From an uncultured Bacteroidota bacterium (GTDB lineage Bacteria > Bacteroidota > Bacteroidia > Chitinophagales > Saprospiraceae): a DNA stretch of 62,430 bases. The translations under genes were made by a program, and so were the position numbers. This document shows, in pieces, positions 1-9,391 of the stretch. Numbering within the stretch: position 1 is the first letter of the stretch; each line of letters starts with the position of its first letter. The stretch is taken from positions 1 to 62,430 of the forward strand of contig CAILQK010000258.1 of the NCBI GenBank assembly GCA_903836265.1, written 5' to 3'. The notes beneath the pieces were generated by a model. The model did not search any database. It saw only the letters and a program-made list of their open reading frames with translations, and was not told the origin of the DNA.

Positions 1-160
1 ATAACCCACAAAAACCTGAACCGGGTTGTTAAATAGATACTGCTCAGGCAACCATCTGCCCGGTTCAAGCGCCATTTTTGCCGCTGAAATGATAAAGCGA
101 AAGTCTGTTTTCGGCAGACTATCAATACTTTTGCTAAAAATTCTGCTCTCGTATTCTGGC

Positions 161-3079
161 ATGAAAAATATCTGGAGATTATCTCTCGTCGCTGGCATGT
201 TCATTTTGCCCCTCCTCGGTTGCGTCACAACGAAGCGCAAGGGTGAGGAAACCAGCAATTTCAAACGAACCTACCACAGTTTTACCAACAGGTATAATTA
301 CTGGTTCAATGCAGATGAACTGTACCGACTCTCTGTCATCAAACTGGAATCGGAATACAAGGACAATTATAACCAGATTCTTGAGATATACCCCTACGCG
401 GCCGCCGATTACAAATCTGTGAAAACGGATATGGACAATGTGATTATCAAGGCAGCAAAAGGTATAGTAAAGCACCGGCCCGGTCGCTGGGTTGATGACA
501 ATTACCTGCTGATCGGACAGGCACAATTCATCAAACGCGACTTCGAAACAGCCGAAGAGACTTTCAGCTACATACAGGAGGAACAGGACCCAAAGAACAA
601 ACGGGCGGTCAAGAAAAGCAGCGCGCAGAAGAAGAAAGAGAATCTGAAGAAAGCTGCTCAGAAAAAGAAGGAGGCAAAGAAAAAGGCTGCTGCAAAGAAA
701 AAGGCCGCCAAAAAGAAGGCTGCCGCCAAAAAGAAAGCCGCTGCCAAAAAGAAAAAAGAGGCCGCAAAAAGAAAAAAACAGGGCACAAAAGGCAAAGCAG
801 CTTCAACAACTTCTCCCTCAAAAACTGCCCAGCCAGTACTGTCCGACCCCCAAAAGCCGGCAAAAAATGACCCGGAAGCATCCAGGAAGGCCGAAGTGAA
901 TCCTTATGATGAACCCTGGGGACGGAAAAATGCCTTTCCCAGTGCCATGATCTGGTACGGCCGTACCATGACCGAACGCGAAAATTACGACGAAGCCGAA
1001 TTCCTCTTCAGAAATCTGTGGGAAGACGGATACCTGCCCAAAAGCCTTTACGATGATCTGGCAATGGCTGAAGCTCATCTTTACATCAGGCAAAAAAGAT
1101 ATGACAAGGCCATTGAACCACTCAAAAATGCCATATTATTCACCGAAAACAAACGCAAGCGGGCACGCCTTGCCTTCATTCTGGCACAACTCTACGACCG
1201 GTCGGGGCAGTATGAGCAGTCTTATGAAACCTACAATGAGGTACTCGCCAACCTGCCTGTATATGAGATGGACTTCAATGCCCGCCTCCAGCAGACCTAT
1301 GCCGGATGGGCACATGGAAAAATAACCGGAGAAGATGCTGTCAAAACCCTCGACCGCATGCTCAGAGACGATAAAAATCTCGAATACCGGGATCAGATTT
1401 ACTACACCCTTGCCATGATTTCCTTGAAAGATGGCAAAAAACAGGATGGTATCGCCAATCTCCGCAAATCACTCTCGTTCTCGGAAGGCAATAATGCCCA
1501 AAGAGCCGAAACCTATCTGATGCTGGCAGATCTGTACTTCGAGGAGGAAGATTTCGTATCGGCAAAACTTTACTACGACAGCACAATCACTGTATTGCCT
1601 ACAACCGATGAACGCTTCAAACGCGCACAGGACTACGCCTCCAACCTCAAGGATATCGCCCGCCTTATACAGACGATAGCAGCCAACGACAGTATCGTTC
1701 GCGTGTTCAAAATGGGGCCGGAGGAACGAAAGGAACTGGCAAAAGTACTCAGGAAACAGAAAGAGGCCGAGGCCGCCGCAAAAGCCGCAAAAGCGAAACC
1801 TGTGTCGGCTGCCGACGCAGCAAAGGCAGCCGCTCCCGCACCACAGGCAGGCCAGAAACCATCCTCCTTCTACTTCTATAACGATGCATTTGTGAAAAAA
1901 GGGAAGAAGGATTTCACCCGTATATGGGGTGAACGAAAACTGGAGGACAACTGGCGACGAAGCAATAAAATTTCAGCAGGAACTGATACAGCTGCAGCCG
2001 CCGACTCAACCGGCACCGATGCTGCCGCTGAAGCTGACCTGAAGGATCTTTTTGCCAGTATCCCCAAAACGGAAGAAGAATTGTCGGTTGTACACATGGC
2101 CACCTACGAAGCCATGTACCAGCTCGGCACTCTTTTCCGCGACAAACTTCAGAATAACATCCGGTGCGTCGGCACGCTGGAGGAAATGCAGGTGAGATAC
2201 CCCGATACCGCGCGATATGAAAAAGAAACATGGTACTATTGTTTCCTCGCTCACAATGACCTCACCAACACCGAACGCGCCAACTACTACCTCGAAAAAC
2301 TCAGGGGGAAATATCCGAACAGCGCATTCGCACGTGTACTCACAGATCCCAACTTCCAGAATGCTGCCAGGGAACGGGAGCGGGAGCTGAACAAGTATTA
2401 CGAGGAAACATTCCGCATGTTTCAGTCAGGGTCATACAAAGATGCCTACACACGCTGTCAGGATGCACCCAAAAGATTTGGTTCGCAAAATCAGCTGATG
2501 CCAAAATTCTTCCTGCTCAGCGCTCTTTGCGTGGGGAACCTGAGCGGCAGCGAAGCTTACTGCTCATCGCTTGGCGAAGTGGTCAGCCGCTACCCCGACA
2601 GCCCGGAAGCTACACGCGCCAAGGAAATTGCCCGACTGCTGAGCTGCAAAGGCTTTGAAACAGATGACAAAAAGAAAAATGATGGCCCTGTTGACGACGC
2701 ATTCACCGTGGAAGACGACAAACTTCACTACTTTATTATAGCACTCAGGGGCGACAACGTAAGGCTCGACGATATCAAAGCGGCTGTTACCGACTACAAC
2801 AGGGAAAACCACAAACTTGAACAACTCCGGATTTCCAATATTTTCCTGGGTACCGATACCAACCTGCCTATCGTGGTCATCAGAAAATTCGACAACAAGG
2901 ATCAGGCCATGAAATACTATGACGAAGTGAAAGGCAGAAAGGATTTTCTCGGCGAATCAGGCAAAAAAACCTACGACAAGGAATATTTTGCCGTGACGCA
3001 GGAGAATTACAGACGTATCCTGAAAAACAAGACGCTCGATGGCTATCGCGATTTCTATGAGGAAAATTATCTCAGGTGA
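161..3079 (+). CDS. TPR lipoprotein, SprE/PorW-like T9SS/gliding component, with Lys/Ala-rich insert
   Basis: ATG161 gives signal peptide plus lipobox LLGC. YHSFTNRYNYWFNA, WVDDNYLLIGQA and FYFYN...GKKDF...WGERKLEDNWRRSNK resemble SprE/PorW motifs; multiple TPR-like repeats. The ORF-track start at 26 is probably too long. Confidence 0.75.
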   Translation: MKNIWRLSLVAGMFILPLLGCVTTKRKGEETSNFKRTYHSFTNRYNYWFNADELYRLSVIKLESEYKDNYNQILEIYPYAAADYKSVKTDMDNVIIKAAKGIVKHRPGRWVDDNYLLIGQAQFIKRDFETAEETFSYIQEEQDPKNKRAVKKSSAQKKKENLKKAAQKKKEAKKKAAAKKKAAKKKAAAKKKAAAKKKKEAAKRKKQGTKGKAASTTSPSKTAQPVLSDPQKPAKNDPEASRKAEVNPYDEPWGRKNAFPSAMIWYGRTMTERENYDEAEFLFRNLWEDGYLPKSLYDDLAMAEAHLYIRQKRYDKAIEPLKNAILFTENKRKRARLAFILAQLYDRSGQYEQSYETYNEVLANLPVYEMDFNARLQQTYAGWAHGKITGEDAVKTLDRMLRDDKNLEYRDQIYYTLAMISLKDGKKQDGIANLRKSLSFSEGNNAQRAETYLMLADLYFEEEDFVSAKLYYDSTITVLPTTDERFKRAQDYASNLKDIARLIQTIAANDSIVRVFKMGPEERKELAKVLRKQKEAEAAAKAAKAKPVSAADAAKAAAPAPQAGQKPSSFYFYNDAFVKKGKKDFTRIWGERKLEDNWRRSNKISAGTDTAAAADSTGTDAAAEADLKDLFASIPKTEEELSVVHMATYEAMYQLGTLFRDKLQNNIRCVGTLEEMQVRYPDTARYEKETWYYCFLAHNDLTNTERANYYLEKLRGKYPNSAFARVLTDPNFQNAARERERELNKYYEETFRMFQSGSYKDAYTRCQDAPKRFGSQNQLMPKFFLLSALCVGNLSGSEAYCSSLGEVVSRYPDSPEATRAKEIARLLSCKGFETDDKKKNDGPVDDAFTVEDDKLHYFIIALRGDNVRLDDIKAAVTDYNRENHKLEQLRISNIFLGTDTNLPIVVIRKFDNKDQAMKYYDEVKGRKDFLGESGKKTYDKEYFAVTQENYRRILKNKTLDGYRDFYEENYLR

Positions 3080-3115
3080 TACTGATCTTAACGCTCATCT
3101 TCAATACAGGATGTC

Positions 3116-3307
3116 ATGAAAAAATTTCTCTTTTTCGCAGTTATTTTCGCTGGTGTGGCGGTTACTGCTCCGGCCTGTGCACCCAAAACCGGCTGTCCGG
3201 CCAATGAAAGCCTGAAAGCCGACATGTCTAAAACCAAAAAGAAAAAGGGCAGCAATTCCGACCTTTTCCCCAAAAATATGAAAAAGAAGATGGGACACAG
3301 CAGATAA
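3116..3307 (+). CDS. small basic putative lipoprotein (63 aa)
   Basis: MKK, hydrophobic stretch, then APAC (weak lipobox) and KTGCPA; directly follows the TPR gene on the same strand. Confidence 0.6.
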   Translation: MKKFLFFAVIFAGVAVTAPACAPKTGCPANESLKADMSKTKKKKGSNSDLFPKNMKKKMGHSR

Positions 3308-3542
3308 CCCCTCTCCCGGGAATACAAAACGTTCAACCAAACATATTCACCACCATGAAATGGATTAAATGTACGCTTTTGCCGGCGCTAGTGGTCTTTG
3401 TGTATATTCCGGAAGCTTTGCCCCCCTGTTCCGATTGGGTCTGACCCCCTCATTCCGGAGGTTTGCCCCCTGTATATTAGGGTGTGTCTGAAAGATACAC
3501 CATACTCAAAGTTGAAACTAACTTTGGATATAAAAACAAAAA

Positions 3543-3577
3543 AGGCTGTCTCGTATCTTTACTTGTGAGATGGTCTC
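3543..3577. repeat. 35-bp palindrome (REP/IS-end-like), degenerate inverted copy of 6177-6212; also placed as terminator of the 3585-4103 gene
   Basis: aggctgtctc...gagatggtct stem; reverse complement matches 6177-6211 at 28/35 nt; T-run follows on the minus strand. Confidence 0.6.
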
Positions 3578-3584
3578 ATCAGCC

Positions 3585-4103
3585 TCAATCATCAACCCTT
3601 GTGTGAAACTCGCCATCTGAGAAAACGATGCTGTCCGGAGCATTCCAACTTCCTTTAATATCGGGCCAGACAATGAGGTTGAACCGACCTTTTATTTCCT
3701 TCTTTTTGCTATCGTATTCTGTAATCTCAAGGTAACTTGTTGAATCCTGTTGGGATAGCAAGTAACTATCATACAACTGATCCTGGTACCCATTGGCATA
3801 GAGGCACCCAATCAAGGAATCATCTGGCGGTTGGTTGAAGGTATACGACAAGGGGTAGTGGCCAACGGTTGCGGGAACCTTGAAGAAATTTAGTTTTTCC
3901 AATATTTCACCGCTCTGATTGAGTGTATTAATCCTGATATTTATCTTGGAGTTTGATATAGTACTCCGGGTTGCCCGTATTTCAGTTACCCATGGGCTAC
4001 CGTTTTTTTGCACGGTAACCGTTCCCCAATAATAATCATCCTTCTCACAAGAAAACAGGGTAATGACTACCAGTGCCGGCAGCACTATTTTGGCGTAACG
4101 CAT
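3585..4103 (-). CDS. hypothetical lipoprotein (172 aa)
   Basis: Signal peptide with lipobox LFSC; beta-rich; C-terminal EITEYD..KKEIKGRF...FSDGEF typical of Bacteroidota surface lipoproteins. Confidence 0.75.
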   Translation of the reverse strand: MRYAKIVLPALVVITLFSCEKDDYYWGTVTVQKNGSPWVTEIRATRSTISNSKINIRINTLNQSGEILEKLNFFKVPATVGHYPLSYTFNQPPDDSLIGCLYANGYQDQLYDSYLLSQQDSTSYLEITEYDSKKKEIKGRFNLIVWPDIKGSWNAPDSIVFSDGEFHTRVDD

Positions 4104-4114
4104 GATTTTTTGTT

Positions 4115-5992
4115 TTAATGAACAATGACAAGTTTGCGGGTTGCATACAAACCTCTGGATTTGATTCGGACAAGGTAGGCTCCATTCGGCAAAAGATGGG
4201 TGTCGAGTTCAACCCCTGAACGACCTTCCGGGTTTAAGGTAAAAGTATGTAGCCCGTAAAAATTCCCTAATACCGAAACTAACTCGATGGAAAATTCATC
4301 CTGTAACCACAGGTCTGGAGTAAGGATGCTGGTGCGGCTATGAGCAGGGTTTGGGTTGATCGAAATTATAGGATTGACCACCACGTCTGGACTAACAAGA
4401 AGCGCTGGGCGCTCTCCGTCACAATCAGAGCTTTCCAGCGGCAATACGCGAATATCCCAGTAGGTGACATACATCTGGCCTGTTCCGGAAGTGACAACCA
4501 GTTTTATAAACACCACGTCTCCTGCCTCAAGTGTGGTAGGCATTGGAATGGATGCATTATCGGTTACGCTAAGTGGAGTGGGATCGTAATTAATGCCATC
4601 ACTACTGATTTGCCACAAATAGGTGTAGGGGCCAGGTCCGCCGCCACTTGCCTGAGCTACGAGGGGGACAGGTATGCCAAGCGCTGAAATGCACCGGTGG
4701 TCATCACCATAAATAATTGCACGTAGATCGTTAGAGCTTTGATATTCTCCAACGATACATGCTTGTTCTCGAAGCTGTCTGGCGTTGTTTCTTTCTGCAA
4801 TTCCTGAGGGGGTGCTATACAAACCTGTTGCTTTACCATGGTATTGTACATCTGGGTTCGAGAAATGTGGAATCCTTTTTTTCTTTTTTACGCCAGCTTC
4901 CATGATGGTGTTTAAGTTCCGTCTCCAAGTCAAATCGAACTCATGTGGCCGCTGAAAGTCAGGCTCGCAACCTCCGTTATTGTTCCCAACGCTATGTCTG
5001 CAGCCGAACAGATGGCCCAGCTCATGGGTGAACGACATCCTTGATGCTGCGGCATCCGCTTCCACAATGGCAAAAGCCAGATTTTCTGCCGGTTCACAGG
5101 AAGGCGCAAGACCGAAAACAGGGCCGTCGCCAGCACTATAATCTCCGTCTGTAAGCAATATCACGCAATCGGCAAATAGACTGTTACGAAGCGAGAGTGC
5201 AGTTGAGTTGGTACGCAAAGCAGTCAAATCTTCCGAAATATCATCGCCCTCATTAAAGTCCGAAAGTAACGCTTTGCCCGCTAATTTAAAAGTTAGCTCG
5301 GAAGGGGTAACGGCGCTGTTACGGAGCGCCTGATTTGATTGGGCGATTAACCCGGAAATAAACGTGGAAACATTATCAATATCTTCGGCTGCGTTATTGG
5401 TATAGAGTACCAAAACCTTTACATCACAATTTTCCTCACGATCCGAGGCGATTTGCGTTGTCTCTTCCGGGATAGCCTCAGTTGGGCTATCTGGTGCGTT
5501 ATAGCCACAAACTGCGGCATCCTCTTCTTCCAATTCGACCAATATATAGACGTCATCCCCCAAGGGCCGGATGAAAAAATCTCTTTCTTCAAGAGCAAAA
5601 TATCCGAACACTTCGCCGTCCTTAAGCTGAAATGAAGCATATCCGAGTGAATCCATGAGATCACCGTACCAAGTAATATCGTCCGTGGAAGGAGACCAAA
5701 CATACCTGGCATGATAGGAATAAATAGTAGCATCGCCGGGCACCTGAAGTTCCAGCACCTGGTCTGCAACTTGTTGGGCGAAATCGTTTATTTGGATAAA
5801 AGTGATTATTCCTGTTACATCCGAAAATTCGGATTTCTCGTACCTGGAAACCTGGGTTGAGTTCAAATCGTTTTTTGTCTGGGTTGTAGTTTGAAAAAAA
5901 TCTGCCTGGGCAAAAACATCCCCAGCGCAGAATAAAGTAAAAAACAGTGATAAAAAACGAAAGAAGTTGGTGAATAATAGCTTTTTAGACAT
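4115..5992 (-). CDS. metzincin zinc metalloprotease (M12/reprolysin-like) with T9SS type A C-terminal domain
   Basis: Signal peptide; HELGHLFGCRH zinc motif; Met-turn TIME; HFSNP; C-terminal NPNPA...LPNGAYLVRI...KLVIVH. Confidence 0.85.
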   Translation of the reverse strand: MSKKLLFTNFFRFLSLFFTLFCAGDVFAQADFFQTTTQTKNDLNSTQVSRYEKSEFSDVTGIITFIQINDFAQQVADQVLELQVPGDATIYSYHARYVWSPSTDDITWYGDLMDSLGYASFQLKDGEVFGYFALEERDFFIRPLGDDVYILVELEEEDAAVCGYNAPDSPTEAIPEETTQIASDREENCDVKVLVLYTNNAAEDIDNVSTFISGLIAQSNQALRNSAVTPSELTFKLAGKALLSDFNEGDDISEDLTALRTNSTALSLRNSLFADCVILLTDGDYSAGDGPVFGLAPSCEPAENLAFAIVEADAAASRMSFTHELGHLFGCRHSVGNNNGGCEPDFQRPHEFDLTWRRNLNTIMEAGVKKKKRIPHFSNPDVQYHGKATGLYSTPSGIAERNNARQLREQACIVGEYQSSNDLRAIIYGDDHRCISALGIPVPLVAQASGGGPGPYTYLWQISSDGINYDPTPLSVTDNASIPMPTTLEAGDVVFIKLVVTSGTGQMYVTYWDIRVLPLESSDCDGERPALLVSPDVVVNPIISINPNPAHSRTSILTPDLWLQDEFSIELVSVLGNFYGLHTFTLNPEGRSGVELDTHLLPNGAYLVRIKSRGLYATRKLVIVH

Positions 5993-6176
5993 ATTATCAA
6001 GCGTTGAAGGTTTGTAAAAAGTAGTTGTAGTTCGATTAAAGATAGAGCCGAGATGTCAAACAGAAAAAATTACAAATGAAATTTAACGAGTTAATTTTCT
6101 GTAAGGTACTCAAGCGTGAATGAAACCCGTATCTGGTTTGACGAGCGAGTTTTACAAAAGGGAACGGGTAAGCAGA

Positions 6177-6212
6177 GAGGCTGTCTCATAAGTAACGACA
6201 TGAGACAGCCTC
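6177..6212. repeat. perfect 13-bp-stem palindrome (REP/IS-end-like), possible terminator of the 6268-9156 gene
   Basis: gaggctgtctcat-aagtaacgac-atgagacagcctc. Confidence 0.7.
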
Positions 6213-6267
6213 GTTTGAGTTAGTTGCTTGCGGATTAAACAATCGGATTGGAATGGCCTCTTTTCAG

Positions 6268-9156
6268 TCACCTGACGATTATAGTTCCCGTGGCTACCGG
6301 TAACCCGTCGGCGGAAATCCGGTAGTGAAAGGCGCCGGTTGGAAGCTGACGCCTGAACAATTGGAATGTGGGAACAGAGAAAGATTGAGAATGTACATTT
6401 TTACCAAGCGCATCGAACAACTGCAGTTCATATTTGCCTGCATCTGTTCCGGATACTTCGAAGGTAACACTTGCCACCATCGGATTCGGGAAGGTTCTCA
6501 CTTCCACACCTGGCCTGAATGTTTCCCTGATACTGGTTACAACCACAAAACTGTCGAATTCACAAACGGTATGCAGTGTCGTGTCGGTGAAACCGGGCTG
6601 GTTGAAATCAAAATAAACGGCGGCACTGTTCAGTATCTTTGTCTCACACGGCAGATTGCTCTGCTGTGCAACACGGAACTTTACAAATCCTTCACTTTCA
6701 GCACCGCCGCCAGGGGGGAGATTGATGTTTTGGAGGGTGAACTGGACGATGCCGCCACCATACACAACGAAGTCGAATGGATGACTGCATACGCCGGGAT
6801 GAACCGTGGCAGGATCCAGTGCAGCAGACAGTGTATCACGAATGATAACCTGCCGCACTGTGTCTGCTCCGGTATTTCTGAACTGGATTAAGTAGTCCAA
6901 ATCGGTTTTTGGACTGATGTAATTATGGGCCACATCATAGCCCTTGGGATGGCCTCTTTTGAGGTATAATGGATTGTAATCGGCATCGTAACTCTCCTGG
7001 CAATCGGTTTCCCTGAATACGTCGCCGTCATCTTCGGGAAACATCGTGTAAAAACCAAGCGAAATGTCGGCATTGCTGGTATCACTGATACAACCCTCCA
7101 CGGCAGCTGTCGGGTAGCTGTATCCCGGATAGCCGGGGCTCTGCTCGGCAATGATGCGAAAGGTACTTCCGTTGGCGGGCCGCGACCACACGATCGAATC
7201 ACTGCCCGCATCAAGCTGGAAGCGGAAATCAGGATCGTTCGGCTGTGTCAGCATGATGACATCCTCGGCAATGACATATCCGAGTGGTCCGTTCATATCT
7301 GCACCCACATTGGTAAGCATCATTTTGACAGAATCATTCTCGCAAAGTGCCTGCGCAGAGATGATTGATCCGTCCCACGCCGGATTTATATCGCAAAAAT
7401 TATTGGGTGCAATAAAGGCTGTTACACAGTGTGTTTGTCCGGTTATGGTGTTGCAATCGAGGAACGCCACAAGCGACAACTCTCCGCAATCGGCATTGTT
7501 GAGTGTACCAATATTGAAGAACACGGTATCACCGGAAATACTCTGGGGAGCTACAGAACTGCTCACATACTGTAATCCGGGGTCGAGGATAACAGATATG
7601 AGTGTATTGAACGACGGAACCGTACCCGAGTTGCAGTAGCGAACCCTGTAGGTATTTTCTGTACAGCGGCGTAAAATGGAGGCTGCAATGTCCACCTCGT
7701 TTCTGGCACAGTCGAACTGTGTACGAACGGGAATACTGGCAAATACCGTATCAAAATAATCCTGGACATCCACAGTAATTGTCTGATCGCAGGGCTTCCA
7801 GTAGGTATTGGGTGGAAACAGTACCAGATTGTATGAGCCGGTGTCAACGGGCACGCGAATGTCGCCGTTTGCGTTGGCTACAGTATAAATAGTGTCATTG
7901 GCGCCTTCAAAACGCACTACCCAGTTTCTGAGCCCTGTCTCGTCTGCTTCCTTCTGGCAGTTTCCGTTGAAATCGCGGAAAATATTGGCCTCAATGTAGC
8001 TTGTCAGAACCTTCCCGTTTGCATCGGCCTTTATGACGCAGGCATAAGACTGGCCAATAGCACCGATAGTCAGTTCGCTGTAGCCGGCTGCGACAGCTCC
8101 GCCACGCTGTGCAATGATGGCATTGCCACCTGAAAAGCCACCGTGTGAATTGCGCGCTTCCCAGATTATATTGCCCTGAGCATCTGTTTTTATAATATTG
8201 AGATCCTCCAGCACCCCTGTAACACGGTGACCGGTGAGCAAAAGATTGCCTCCCGGCTCAACTGCCAGATCATTGATATCAGTTCCGTTGATGAATCGCT
8301 CCCAGACCGGGCTGGCATTGAGCCCCGGGGTAATTTTGACAAGATAACCGGCTCCTCCCGCTATCGTGTTGGAAAAACCGCCAACAATCAGGTTCCCGTC
8401 GGGAGTGAACTCGATTGCACTGGCAATTTCATCCTCCGGAGTTCCGTAAGTCTGTTCTCCGACCAGGGCGCCATCTTCCTTGAGGTGCAGCACATACGCC
8501 TGGCGATCGGCAATAGCGGTTACCTGCGACTCGCCGGCAACCAGAATATCTCCCACAGGCGAGACAGTGATACCATTGCCCTGTTTTCGATATTCGTCGT
8601 TACCATAATTGTTCAGCCACTGCAGATTACCATCGGCATCAGTTTTCATGACGAAAACATTCTGCCTGTTGCCCGGCATGTGCTGAATTCCTGTGAGAAT
8701 CAGGTTCCCGTCATCGAGTCTTTTGATCGCCATTGCCTCCTCGATCAGGTCGTCGCCGTATGTCTTTTCCCAGAGTTTGATGCCAAACGCGTCGGTTTTC
8801 ATCAGATAAATATCGCGCTGAAGCGGGCCCGAAGTGCCGTCGGCATCTACATAACCTGCCACGAAAATCTGACCGTCTGTATCTACAGCTACACCGGCGC
8901 CCTCAATACGTGCAGAAGGGGCACCGCCTGTATAGGTGCGGCTCCACTGAAGATTGCCGTCGGCATCAATCTTGAACAGGAACAGCCGGGAGTTGGCGTT
9001 GTAATAGCCGGTAACAACATAGCCACCATCAGCAGTACGCGCAATACCCCTGGCCACATCCTGGCCACTGCCACCATAGATGGCCTCCCATCCCTGAGCC
9101 TGCAGGCGAGTCAGAGAGAGAACCAGTGCGAACAGTGTGAATAAGCGTATTGCCAT
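6268..9156 (-). CDS. T9SS-secreted protein: N-terminal beta-propeller-like repeats, Ig-like/DUF11-type domains, type A CTD
   Basis: Signal peptide from ATG9156 (MAIRLF...); repeats of K.DA.GN..W...YG; LDYLIQFRNTGADT..VIIRDTLS; CTD FPNP...LPTGAFHYRI...TGTIIVR. Confidence 0.8.
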   Translation of the reverse strand: MAIRLFTLFALVLSLTRLQAQGWEAIYGGSGQDVARGIARTADGGYVVTGYYNANSRLFLFKIDADGNLQWSRTYTGGAPSARIEGAGVAVDTDGQIFVAGYVDADGTSGPLQRDIYLMKTDAFGIKLWEKTYGDDLIEEAMAIKRLDDGNLILTGIQHMPGNRQNVFVMKTDADGNLQWLNNYGNDEYRKQGNGITVSPVGDILVAGESQVTAIADRQAYVLHLKEDGALVGEQTYGTPEDEIASAIEFTPDGNLIVGGFSNTIAGGAGYLVKITPGLNASPVWERFINGTDINDLAVEPGGNLLLTGHRVTGVLEDLNIIKTDAQGNIIWEARNSHGGFSGGNAIIAQRGGAVAAGYSELTIGAIGQSYACVIKADANGKVLTSYIEANIFRDFNGNCQKEADETGLRNWVVRFEGANDTIYTVANANGDIRVPVDTGSYNLVLFPPNTYWKPCDQTITVDVQDYFDTVFASIPVRTQFDCARNEVDIAASILRRCTENTYRVRYCNSGTVPSFNTLISVILDPGLQYVSSSVAPQSISGDTVFFNIGTLNNADCGELSLVAFLDCNTITGQTHCVTAFIAPNNFCDINPAWDGSIISAQALCENDSVKMMLTNVGADMNGPLGYVIAEDVIMLTQPNDPDFRFQLDAGSDSIVWSRPANGSTFRIIAEQSPGYPGYSYPTAAVEGCISDTSNADISLGFYTMFPEDDGDVFRETDCQESYDADYNPLYLKRGHPKGYDVAHNYISPKTDLDYLIQFRNTGADTVRQVIIRDTLSAALDPATVHPGVCSHPFDFVVYGGGIVQFTLQNINLPPGGGAESEGFVKFRVAQQSNLPCETKILNSAAVYFDFNQPGFTDTTLHTVCEFDSFVVVTSIRETFRPGVEVRTFPNPMVASVTFEVSGTDAGKYELQLFDALGKNVHSQSFSVPTFQLFRRQLPTGAFHYRISADGLPVATGTIIVR

Positions 9157-9391
9157 CTGTATGAAAGTTTTGCCGGGGCGTTTAAACCTTTTGATGATAC
9201 AAAAGTGCAGGCAATGAGTTTTCAGGAGAAAGACAAAATTTCCGATTTGTTGAACAGTTTTTTCGGCCATGATGAAAAAATTTCAGGTTAATTCTTGGAT
9301 TATTAGCGATTAAAACAATTTTATTCAAAAAAAAGCGTTATTTTGCAGATTGTATTTTTTTATTTTGTTGAAATAAAACAATTCAAACTGT

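Noticed and set aside
3477..3535. agggtgtgtctgaaa as an IS terminus, plus a small caaagtt/aactttg hairpin
   Set aside because: No partner end or transposase found in the window.
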